DNA from: Promethearchaeota archaeon
GTDB taxonomy: Archaea; Asgardarchaeota; Lokiarchaeia; Sigyniarchaeales; SOKP01
Assembly (NCBI GenBank): GCA_048941285.1
Contig: JBHLNS010000067.1
Coordinates: 1 to 14,748 of the forward strand
Direction of reading: 5' to 3'
Length of the DNA: 14,748 nucleotides
A program made the translations under genes and the position numbers. How positions within the stretch are numbered: position 1 is the stretch's first letter; every line of letters starts with the position of its first letter. Below are positions 1 through 8,183 of the stretch, one piece after another. The notes beneath the pieces are model-generated. The model searched no databases and was not told the origin of the DNA. It saw nothing but the letters and a program-made list of their open reading frames with translations.

Positions 1-55
1 AAATAAATTTAAAGAATTCACACAAATTGAAAGAAATTTATCTCAGAGATTAAAA

Positions 56-511
56 ATGCTTCTTAATTTAGTTAGCGGCAATTCTTATTCTGAAAAAACT
101 AAAATTAACTTCTGGAAGTGTCTTGCATGTGGTTATGAAGTTGCTGTGGATGAATTATCTAATGATTTCAGTTGTCCTTCTTGTGGGCATTTTAAGTCAT
201 ATTTTCAAAGAAAGAGTTTAAGCTTAATTCTTGATGAAAAATTGATGAAAAAAAAAGAAATTTCTGGTTGGGTATGTATGGAATGTGGGTATGAGGTTAG
301 TTTAGATGAATTACCAGATGATTGGGAATGTGCTTCATGTGGTCGCTCTAAAGCTTATTTTAAACGAAAAACTTTGAAACTTAAAAATTATGAAATTGAA
401 ACTATTTCAAGACAAAAGGGACGTTGGGTATGCCTTGAATGTGGGAATGAGGAAGAAATTGAATTACCAGCAGGAACGAAATGCTCAAAATGTGGATTTC
501 CTAAAGAATAA
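56..511 (+). CDS. Triple rubredoxin-like / zinc-ribbon domain protein
   Basis: 151 aa with three W-x-CxxCG...CxxCG units: WKCLACG..CPSCG, WVCMECG..LPDDWECASCGRSKAYF and WVCLECG..CSKCG. LPDDWxCxxCGxxKxxF is the rubredoxin-type signature. Confidence 0.85.
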   Translation: MLLNLVSGNSYSEKTKINFWKCLACGYEVAVDELSNDFSCPSCGHFKSYFQRKSLSLILDEKLMKKKEISGWVCMECGYEVSLDELPDDWECASCGRSKAYFKRKTLKLKNYEIETISRQKGRWVCLECGNEEEIELPAGTKCSKCGFPKE

Positions 512-529
512 TCAATTCATATAGGCTTT

Positions 530-1360
530 CTATTTCATAAATTTTAATTGAATGATTTTTGCGGTTTTAAAACGTTCAGCCATTTTAATCATTTTTAAAG
601 TCTTTTTATCCCATCTTGGATTTAATTCTGTTCGAGCATACATTGTATACCAATCAATTACTTTAAGCTTATCAGACCACTTAGAGATAGTTTTTATTGG
701 ATCTCCAATTCCTATATGCCAAAATGGCGTTTCAGCCCCGGTTTTTTTTGCTCTTTTGTGAGCAACTTTGATAGCTAAATTTGATACAGAATCAAAAATT
801 ATTTCACCATTAGGAAATCTAACCGCTAAAGCTTTAAAAAGTTCCGATATCTCTGATTCTTGAAAATAATATATAAATCCTCCAGCAATAATAAAAAATC
901 CCTTATCAGGAGTGAATTCTACTTCATTAAACCAAGAATAGTCAAAAGCAGATTTCGAAATATATAAACATCTTTTTGATTCTGGTATATATTTTCTTCG
1001 AAATTCAATCGCATCGGGCAAGTCTAGATCATACCATTTAATATTCCCATTATCTACTCGGAAAAAGGTTGTGTCAAGTCCAGCTCCAACATTAACAATT
1101 GTTGCTTCAGGAAATTTTTTTATATATTTTATTACTGCTACGTCAAAGTTTCTCGCTCTGACCAAAAGTCCAATACTACGCCATTCACCAAGATATTCTT
1201 GTATTTTAGTAAAATTATAATCAATCTTAGCGATGATCTCAGAGGATTTTTTATCGTCTAATATTTCAGGATATAATTGGCTATATTTAGCTCTTGCCCA
1301 TAAAGGCCCTAGCATAGTTTCTTGTACCGTTCCCTCAGATAATATATCATCTTGAGCCAT
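530..1360 (-). CDS. Class I SAM-dependent methyltransferase, LCM/TcmP-like O-methyltransferase family
   Basis: 276 aa. Shows VQETMLGPLWARA, an RARNFD motif, SAM motif I IVNVGAGLDT, WYDLDLPDAIEFRRK and IAGGFIYYF, all typical of the leucine-carboxyl-methyltransferase/TcmP family. Confidence 0.9.
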   Translation of the reverse strand: MAQDDILSEGTVQETMLGPLWARAKYSQLYPEILDDKKSSEIIAKIDYNFTKIQEYLGEWRSIGLLVRARNFDVAVIKYIKKFPEATIVNVGAGLDTTFFRVDNGNIKWYDLDLPDAIEFRRKYIPESKRCLYISKSAFDYSWFNEVEFTPDKGFFIIAGGFIYYFQESEISELFKALAVRFPNGEIIFDSVSNLAIKVAHKRAKKTGAETPFWHIGIGDPIKTISKWSDKLKVIDWYTMYARTELNPRWDKKTLKMIKMAERFKTAKIIQLKFMK

Positions 1361-1841
1361 AAAAGTGAAAATTTAACAAACTTAAAAAAATTAATTAGAG
1401 AGATGCTTGAGATATATACTTACGTTTCTATCAGAGGATTAATCACCCAAACCTCTATGGACCATCAAATTAAGTGGCTTATCTAATGCTAGATCCAATT
1501 AGATTATCGTTTTTATTAGATATTGCACCTAGGTTTTAACTAATTCCAACCATTCCTTCCTACAATTACTCTGGCTCGCATCCAAGTCATTTTTATGCGT
1601 AAGAAGGCAGTGGCATTTCAATTGCTAAAAAAAAGGTTTTAAGAAATTTAGAAGAAATTGTATGAAGCACTTTGTTTCAAAATAAACTCAAAGATTTAGA
1701 TTTTTTTTCTCAAGATCCTAGTTTTTTGCCGGATCGTCAAGTTAGTTTTATTATATGTCTAAAGTGTTAAAGAAATTATAGAAAATTATACTTGATAAAT
1801 TTAGTTTTTATCGAAATATAGAAATAATTAAGCATCTTAAA

Positions 1842-1865
1842 ATAACAATAGCTGATTATTGTTAT
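1842..1865. promoter_or_regulatory. 9-bp inverted repeat (candidate operator) just upstream of the SIR2-TPR start
   Basis: ATAACAATA-gctgat-TATTGTTAT has perfect 9-bp arms and ends 11 nt before the ATG at 1877. It is AT-rich, so chance is not excluded. Confidence 0.4.
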
Positions 1866-1876
1866 AGAAATTACCA

Positions 1877-4800
1877 ATGAAATATAAAAACCTCACAATA
1901 AAGAATTTAATATCTAAAAGAGAGAAATTAACATTTCTGGTGGGTGCAGATTGCTCTATGGATGCCCCCTCAAGTCTTCCAAATAAACGGGTAATGATGG
2001 AAGCTATCATTAATTATTTTTGTGCGGAATCTGAAAGAGAAAAAATTTCGAGTATAAAAAATCTAAAATTGGAGCAATTGCTAGAAATAATTCCTCAAAG
2101 TTTTGATGAAAAACTTAAAATTTTAGACTATTTTGGATTGTGTGATAAACCTAATCTACAGCATTTCTTTTTGGCAGATTTAATAAAGAAAGGAAATTTT
2201 TTAATGACAACAAATTTTGATTCTTTAATAGAATATGCTCTCCTTAAATCAGAAGTTCCCCATGAAAAAATAATCCCTATAATTACTAAAGATGATTTTG
2301 AGGAATATAATAATCCAGTTCAATTATTAAAGAAGGGTTTTAAAACAGTATATAAGATCTATGGAAGTCCCAGAAATATTATTTCCGGGAAAGATACAAG
2401 AGATTCAATAATGGCAACTATTAAAGCTTTTGGTTTAAATAATGAGAGTAAGAATATCTTGCACATAGAACCTTTTAAACGCAAAGTTTTCGACAACCTC
2501 TCAAATGAATGCTCTTTAATTGTAATGGGTTATTCAGAAAGTAATGATTCTAACATAATAAATATAATAAAAGTATTAAGAAATGTTCAAAAAATTATTT
2601 GGATAAACCATTCAGAATCAATTCAAACTGATAAGGAAAAGATTTATGAGATTAACTCGGGCGAAATTCAGTCATTAAATAATTTAAATAAAAATCTAAA
2701 AGAAATTGTTGAGAGATTATATGAGATCAGACGAATGGGTATTGCTAATAAAATTTATCTTGTTGATATAAACACGAAAAACATGGTTAAAGAATTATTA
2801 CAATTTAAACCAAAATTAAGCTCAAAGAATTTTACAATGAGCCCAATGAAATGGCTCGAGAACAATTTCGACCAGCCAAAAATGACTATAAAATTTTTAA
2901 TATCTGCTTTAACATATTATAATTTTCGCATGTATAAAGATGCAATGAGATGCGCTAGATTGGTTCTGCGATTTCTCACATTTGAAGATATAAAATTCTG
3001 GAAATCTTTTGCGCAAAATGCAATTGCAAAAAGTTTTCGCTACCAACAAGACAATCTAGGAAATCTAAAACAGAAGAATAAATTAGATGAGAATGATACA
3101 CAAGTTGAAAATTTATCAATAAAAGCTATCACTCTTAGCACCATTGGTAGAATTCATCAAGCTCAACAAAGATATCCTGAAGCATTAAAAAATCTTGAAG
3201 ACTCCTTAATTATCGAAGAAAAATTAGGAAATTTGAGAAGGAAGGTATTATGTCTTAATGACATTGCCAATATATATCAAATACATGGTAATTATCTTGA
3301 AGCTTTTAAAAGAATTAAAGAGGCTTTAAGAATTAATGAACAGCTGAAAGATGCAAGGGGGAAGGCTTCTAATCTTAAAAAGATTGGGGATATTTATACA
3401 ATAAGGGGTGAATATCCTAAAGCTCTAAAGTGTTATTTGAGTGGATTAAAGATTAATAGACAATTGAGAGATTTAAATGGAAAAGCCATATTTCTAAATA
3501 ATATTGCAAAAATTTTAAACATACAAGGAAATTATCCTAAAGCTTTGAAATGCATTATAAATACTTTAAAGCTTTATAAGCATTTGGGAGATTTAAATGG
3601 TAAAATTACAGCTCTTAGCGATATAGCATCAATTAAATATGATCAAGGGAAATTTCTCGAAGCATTGGATTATTATAACGAAATATTAGAAATTTATGAA
3701 CAATTAGGAAATTTGAATATGAAAGCTATATGTCTTAATAACATTGCATCAGTTAACCTAGCTCAAAAGAGATATCCAGAGGCATTGAAGCATTTTTATG
3801 AAGAGTTGGAGATCTATGAACACTTGGAAGATTTAAACCAGAAAGCAAGATGCCTTAATAATATTGCTTCTATTCATTTTATTGAAACAAATTATATAGA
3901 AGCATTGAAGCATTACAAACAAGCATTAGAAATTTATGACCAATTAGATGATATGGAAAAAAAAGCTATATGTCTTAATAATGTTGGTGACGTATTTCAA
4001 ATACAAGGAAACTATCTAGAGTCATTATTAAATTATAATCTAGCAATAGGGATTTATGAGCAATTAGGAGATTTAACTGGAAAAGCTACATGCCTTAAGG
4101 ATATCGGTTTAATCAAATATAATCAAAAAAACAATCCAGAAGCATTGAGATATTATATTGAAGCACTAGAGATCTATGCACACTTAGGAGATTTAAAGCA
4201 GAAAGCTACATGTCTTAATAATATAGCATCTATCCATGTTACTAATAGAAATTATACAGAAGCAATGAAGTATTATAATGAAGCGCTAGAGATCTATGAT
4301 CATTCAGATGACTTAAACCAGAAAGCTGCGTGTCTTAATAGCATTGCATCTATTCATGTAACTGAAACAAACTATGCTGAAGCACTGAAGTATTATAATG
4401 AAGCGCTAGATATTTATGAACACTTAGGGAATTTAAATTTGAAAGCCATATGTCTCGTTGATATAGGAGATGTCTTTCAATTACAAGAAGAATATGTAAA
4501 GTCATTGACAAGTTATAATTTAGCACTAAATATTTATGAACAATTAGGAAATTTAAAAATGGAAGCTATGTGTCTCACTAATATCGCTTTAATCAAATAT
4601 AATCAAGAAGGTTATACAGAAGCGTTGAAACATTATAATAAAGCACTAGAAATCTATGAAAAATTAGGAAATTTAAGCTTGAAAGCTACATGTCTTAATA
4701 ACATTGCATCTGTTCACTTTACTGAAGTAAATTATGCAGAAGCATTGAAATATTATAACAAAGCATTAGAAATTTATGAACAATTAGACGATCTGGAAAA

Positions 4801-5767
4801 AAAAGCTATATGTCTTAATAATGTAGGTGATGTTTTTAAATCTCAAAAAAATTATCCTGAGGCTTTAAAACAATATTATATGGCATTAGAAGCATATGAA
4901 CAATTGAAAGAAGCGAGCAGTCAAGCTATTTGCCTTATAAATATCGCAATAATTAATTATGATCAAAAAAATTATCGAGAAGCGTTAATTTTCTTTAATA
5001 TTGCTTTAAAAATTGTTCAACAATTGGGAGATTTTAAGATGATGGCTTTGTGTCTCAATAACATCGCTTCAGTTTATTTTGTCCAATTAAAGTATCCAGA
5101 AGCATTAATGCATTACATAAATGCATTAGAAATTTATGAAAGGTTAGAAGATTTGAGTGGAAAAGCTACTTGTCTTAGTAATATCGCTTTAATTAATTTT
5201 AATAACATAGACTACCCAGAAGCGTTAAAACCTTACAAAGAAGTACTTTCAATTTATAAAAATCAAACTATCAATGATCTCCCAAAATTAAGAACCATAA
5301 AAAAAAAAATTGAATCTTTTCCCTATCCGTCAACCCAAAAAAATTATATTAACAATTGGGAAATACTTAAAAAAAAAATATTCAATCAACTTGATTCAAG
5401 TAAATCTATCTTTTCAACCGTTTCTAGAAAAAAGATCAGAACTCAAATGGATTCTGTTGATATGATAATGAAAAAACTCAAACAAAAGGATTTTACCCAA
5501 CTCGGAACTATTTATAAAGCTCAGGGAAATTTTGAAAAGGCTTTGATACAATATGAAGAAGCATTAAAGATTGCTAAACAATTAGGAGATTTGAAGAATA
5601 AATTAGAAATTCTTCATAACATCGGAGATATTTATACGATTAAAGGGAAATACAGGGAGGCATTAAAACAATACGAAGAAGCATTAACAATTGCCGCACA
5701 ATTGGATAATATCTCTATAAAAATGGTATTTCTTAATAAAATTCGACATATATATAAACAGCTTTAA
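1877..5767 (+). CDS. SIR2-like (SIR2_2) domain plus long 40-aa TPR array protein; SIR2 motifs degenerate
   Basis: 1296 aa. The N-terminal ~300 aa has sirtuin-like motifs FLVGADCS, PNLQHFFLA, MTTNFD, YKIYGS and VMGYSES. These are followed by 18 contiguous 40-aa repeats (KAxCLNNIAxIxxxQxNYPEALKYYxEALEIYEQLGDL), a linker, and about 2 more repeats at the C-terminus. Confidence 0.9.
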   Translation: MKYKNLTIKNLISKREKLTFLVGADCSMDAPSSLPNKRVMMEAIINYFCAESEREKISSIKNLKLEQLLEIIPQSFDEKLKILDYFGLCDKPNLQHFFLADLIKKGNFLMTTNFDSLIEYALLKSEVPHEKIIPIITKDDFEEYNNPVQLLKKGFKTVYKIYGSPRNIISGKDTRDSIMATIKAFGLNNESKNILHIEPFKRKVFDNLSNECSLIVMGYSESNDSNIINIIKVLRNVQKIIWINHSESIQTDKEKIYEINSGEIQSLNNLNKNLKEIVERLYEIRRMGIANKIYLVDINTKNMVKELLQFKPKLSSKNFTMSPMKWLENNFDQPKMTIKFLISALTYYNFRMYKDAMRCARLVLRFLTFEDIKFWKSFAQNAIAKSFRYQQDNLGNLKQKNKLDENDTQVENLSIKAITLSTIGRIHQAQQRYPEALKNLEDSLIIEEKLGNLRRKVLCLNDIANIYQIHGNYLEAFKRIKEALRINEQLKDARGKASNLKKIGDIYTIRGEYPKALKCYLSGLKINRQLRDLNGKAIFLNNIAKILNIQGNYPKALKCIINTLKLYKHLGDLNGKITALSDIASIKYDQGKFLEALDYYNEILEIYEQLGNLNMKAICLNNIASVNLAQKRYPEALKHFYEELEIYEHLEDLNQKARCLNNIASIHFIETNYIEALKHYKQALEIYDQLDDMEKKAICLNNVGDVFQIQGNYLESLLNYNLAIGIYEQLGDLTGKATCLKDIGLIKYNQKNNPEALRYYIEALEIYAHLGDLKQKATCLNNIASIHVTNRNYTEAMKYYNEALEIYDHSDDLNQKAACLNSIASIHVTETNYAEALKYYNEALDIYEHLGNLNLKAICLVDIGDVFQLQEEYVKSLTSYNLALNIYEQLGNLKMEAMCLTNIALIKYNQEGYTEALKHYNKALEIYEKLGNLSLKATCLNNIASVHFTEVNYAEALKYYNKALEIYEQLDDLEKKAICLNNVGDVFKSQKNYPEALKQYYMALEAYEQLKEASSQAICLINIAIINYDQKNYREALIFFNIALKIVQQLGDFKMMALCLNNIASVYFVQLKYPEALMHYINALEIYERLEDLSGKATCLSNIALINFNNIDYPEALKPYKEVLSIYKNQTINDLPKLRTIKKKIESFPYPSTQKNYINNWEILKKKIFNQLDSSKSIFSTVSRKKIRTQMDSVDMIMKKLKQKDFTQLGTIYKAQGNFEKALIQYEEALKIAKQLGDLKNKLEILHNIGDIYTIKGKYREALKQYEEALTIAAQLDNISIKMVFLNKIRHIYKQL
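3119..5278 (+). repeat. Intragenic tandem array of 18 x 120-nt TPR-coding units
   Basis: Exact 120-nt periodicity. For example, aaagctatatgtcttaata recurs at 3722, 3962 and 4802, and 3901-3990 closely matches 4741-4830. Confidence 0.9.
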
Positions 5768-5970
5768 AATCTTCCTGAAATTATTTTAAAATCGGATACA
5801 TTAAGTGATAAATAAAGTAGTAGTTATTCTGTTATAAAATAAATAAAATTTTTAAAAAAATCTGACAGTCCAGGGCCTAAATTTTTTTATTAGTAGTATT
5901 ACAACTTATAATAAATATGCTTATTTAATTAAATTTGAAATGATTAATTTTAATATTAGTAAAACTTAGG

Positions 5971-6495
5971 TTAATATAATTCACTTTTACGTATTTGATC
6001 TTTTGTTTGAACTTCGATGTCTTTTTCATCAAGTTTCTTATGATTTATTAAGGTATCCTTAATAGCTTTTATTTCTGCTCTTGTTTTAAGATCTATATTT
6101 GTCTTTAAATGCTCTAAAATCTCTTTTTCTTTGAGACCTTTATTATAAAGTCGCTTGAATTTATCAATTGTCTCACTATTATAAAAAATATATCTATTAT
6201 TCAAAAACACAACTAAACCACCTCTATTTTTTTGGTGATTGTGAAGTTTAGAAAGTGTTTTTCTAATTTTTTCAATTTTGCAATTTAAATCTTTGGCAAG
6301 ATCGTTATCTACTATTCGATTGTGCTTTTGCATAATTCTGATGAGTTTCTTTTTAAAAGTTAGAGAAAAAATATAAATCAATGTAGCTACCGCAAGAAGT
6401 AAAAGAGTAAGCCCGATTGCTAATAATCTATAAAAGAAAAAAATTACAAATATAGATCCTATTAAAAAAATCCATAAAATAGAATTTCTCTTCAT
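5971..6495 (-). CDS. Membrane-anchored protein: two N-terminal TM helices plus tandem winged-helix/HTH-like domains
   Basis: 174 aa. Residues ~5-46 are hydrophobic. They are followed by a helix-strand-helix-helix-hairpin pattern (KKLIRIMQKH/RIV/DNDLAKDL/KIEKIRKTLSKL/GLVVFLNNRYIFY) and a second three-helix unit. The ATG is 2 nt after the upstream stop. Confidence 0.7.
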   Translation of the reverse strand: MKRNSILWIFLIGSIFVIFFFYRLLAIGLTLLLLAVATLIYIFSLTFKKKLIRIMQKHNRIVDNDLAKDLNCKIEKIRKTLSKLHNHQKNRGGLVVFLNNRYIFYNSETIDKFKRLYNKGLKEKEILEHLKTNIDLKTRAEIKAIKDTLINHKKLDEKDIEVQTKDQIRKSELY

Positions 6496-6497
6496 TT

Positions 6498-8183
6498 TTA
6501 CTTTTTACTAATTCTTTCCAATTTTTCTATCTCAAATTCTATTAAATTTAATTTAGTATTATATTTCTCAAAAAGTTCTGTATAACTATTGATATCGATA
6601 TCATTGTTATCATATAAACTTTTCAATTCTTTGATTGTTCTTCCCAACGCTGTTTTTTGGCTTAATAATTCTTCCTTCTTTTTTTGGGGATTTGGTTTAT
6701 CTAAGTATTTTAATTTATATTTTCTATATATTTCGACATTCACATCGATTGGTTTCATATTTGATAAATATAATGTTGTTCTAGGTAATTTTTCTGCTAG
6801 ATTTTCAGGCACAGTAATATAAGGTTCTGGATTTTCAATATGCTGAAGAACATTATAAGGCAAAACTTCGACATCAATTTCCATGATATTATCATTAACA
6901 ACCGATAAATTAAACAGGATATTTCCTTTCTCTTTTTCTGTGAGATCTTTAAATTTTTTCAACATTTGTTCCCAAGTTTCTTCTGCTTTTGAAAAGTAAT
7001 AAACAGCTTTTTTTAATAGATCTTCAATCAACCGTTTTTGAATATGTTGATCCGAAGATTCAGAGATTTCCATTTTTTGAAATGCTTGAGCTTTTAAATA
7101 ACATGCTTTTCCCATATCAAAATCAGCTTGAGCATTTAACTGTTTATTTATTTTTTCATTATCAAATCCTAAATAAAATAATCTCCTTGATAATAAACTT
7201 ACTCCAGCATACAATTTAGAAGCCAGAATTAAGTTGTCTTGTCTTTCTTCCTTAATCGCAGCAAGACCCTGAGCAAAAATTCTGCATTGTTCAGCTTCAA
7301 ATTCCAAATTTTTTGGTTCTAAACTCTTACCTATCTTATTTTGATTAACTGCGGCTGCGCTAAAGTATGTTGCTGTCTTATACATCTTACAACATTTAAC
7401 CATTGAGATTATAGCATTTTCCCAATCTTCTGTTTTTTCAAAAATTTTCGAGAGTTGATTATATATTCGGGCTAAGACCCAAGAAACTCGAGCGCATTCA
7501 AACATAATATCGTAAATATTAATTTCCTTATTATCGGCAGGATCATAATATGACCTAGTAATATCTAGTTCCTCTATGATCAGATTTTGATTCTTGGACA
7601 AATAATTAATATTTAGTATATCTATATATTCAAATATGAGATCTAAATCATCATAAGGAATATCACTATTCTTATCAAGAATTTCTTCCAAATTTTTTAT
7701 TTTAAAGTGTAAAAATCTAATTCGTTGTGCGATTTCTTCAGTAAAAAAATCTTTAATATAACCAATAACCACTTTATCTTCTGCTTTTGCGGTTGTTTTT
7801 TCCTTTTTCAAAGGTTTTTTCTTCTGAGTGCTTTTTTTAGATATCTCTTGTTTTTTAAGTTTTGGCTTATCAGATGTTTTCTCCAATTTGATTTCCTTGC
7901 CTTTTCCCTTTTTTTGAGAGATCTCCGATTCAAGTTTATGAGTTTTTTCAGAAACTTCACTAATACTTTCTATTTTATCAATATTCTCATCCTCTTTTTT
8001 ATTAAGAAAATCAATTGCTTCTTGAATGTAATTTACAGCCATCATTACAGTAAATCCTTTGATCTTTACCAAATCTTTAACATTACTAGACGCCAGTTTC
8101 TCAATTGTATCTATTCCAGCTTTCTTTAAAAGATCAACATTTTCTTTATTTATATCACTAAACTTTTCTAATTTAAACTCCAT
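6498..8183 (-). CDS. HhH (RadA/Rad51 N-terminal-like) + Lys-rich linker + Bro1/ALIX-like domain + steadiness-box-like C-terminal hairpin
   Basis: 561 aa. aa ~4-60 contain LLKKAGIDTIEKLASSNVKDLVKIKGF (HhH). aa ~145-460 have Bro1-like motifs in the right order: YYDP..DIMFECARVSWVLARIYNQLS, SLEPKNL..FAQ, LASKLYAGVS, GKACYLKAQ and NDNIMEIDVEVLP..IENPEP. aa ~503-556 contain ALGRTIKELKSLYDNNDIDINSY. The ORF is clear, while the Bro1 and SB calls are by-eye inference. Confidence 0.65.
   Translation of the reverse strand: MEFKLEKFSDINKENVDLLKKAGIDTIEKLASSNVKDLVKIKGFTVMMAVNYIQEAIDFLNKKEDENIDKIESISEVSEKTHKLESEISQKKGKGKEIKLEKTSDKPKLKKQEISKKSTQKKKPLKKEKTTAKAEDKVVIGYIKDFFTEEIAQRIRFLHFKIKNLEEILDKNSDIPYDDLDLIFEYIDILNINYLSKNQNLIIEELDITRSYYDPADNKEINIYDIMFECARVSWVLARIYNQLSKIFEKTEDWENAIISMVKCCKMYKTATYFSAAAVNQNKIGKSLEPKNLEFEAEQCRIFAQGLAAIKEERQDNLILASKLYAGVSLLSRRLFYLGFDNEKINKQLNAQADFDMGKACYLKAQAFQKMEISESSDQHIQKRLIEDLLKKAVYYFSKAEETWEQMLKKFKDLTEKEKGNILFNLSVVNDNIMEIDVEVLPYNVLQHIENPEPYITVPENLAEKLPRTTLYLSNMKPIDVNVEIYRKYKLKYLDKPNPQKKKEELLSQKTALGRTIKELKSLYDNNDIDINSYTELFEKYNTKLNLIEFEIEKLERISKK

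Noticed and set aside
552-761. 69-aa plus-strand ORF
   Set aside because: It is an antisense shadow of the well-supported methyltransferase.
530-1360. Methyltransferase as an LCMT1-like protein C-terminal methylase acting on a neighbour (the TPR protein ends in Leu)
   Set aside because: The sequence resembles the widespread prokaryotic TcmP-like branch, and nothing in the window links it to a protein substrate.
1470-1620. Cobalamin-riboswitch-like words on the minus strand (GCCACTG, GAGCCAG, GGTGCAA, AAGCCACT)
   Set aside because: The words are out of order, and the AGGGAA, GGGAAG and AGACC core elements are missing.
6589-8129. Plus-strand ORFs 6589..6822, 6989..7219 and 7725..8129
   Set aside because: They are antisense to the 561-aa gene. 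Their Phe/Leu richness simply mirrors its Lys/Glu codons.
8004-8183. Calling 6498..8183 radA/rad51
   Set aside because: Only the N-terminal HhH resembles RadA. There is no Walker A/B or RecA-fold ATPase domain.
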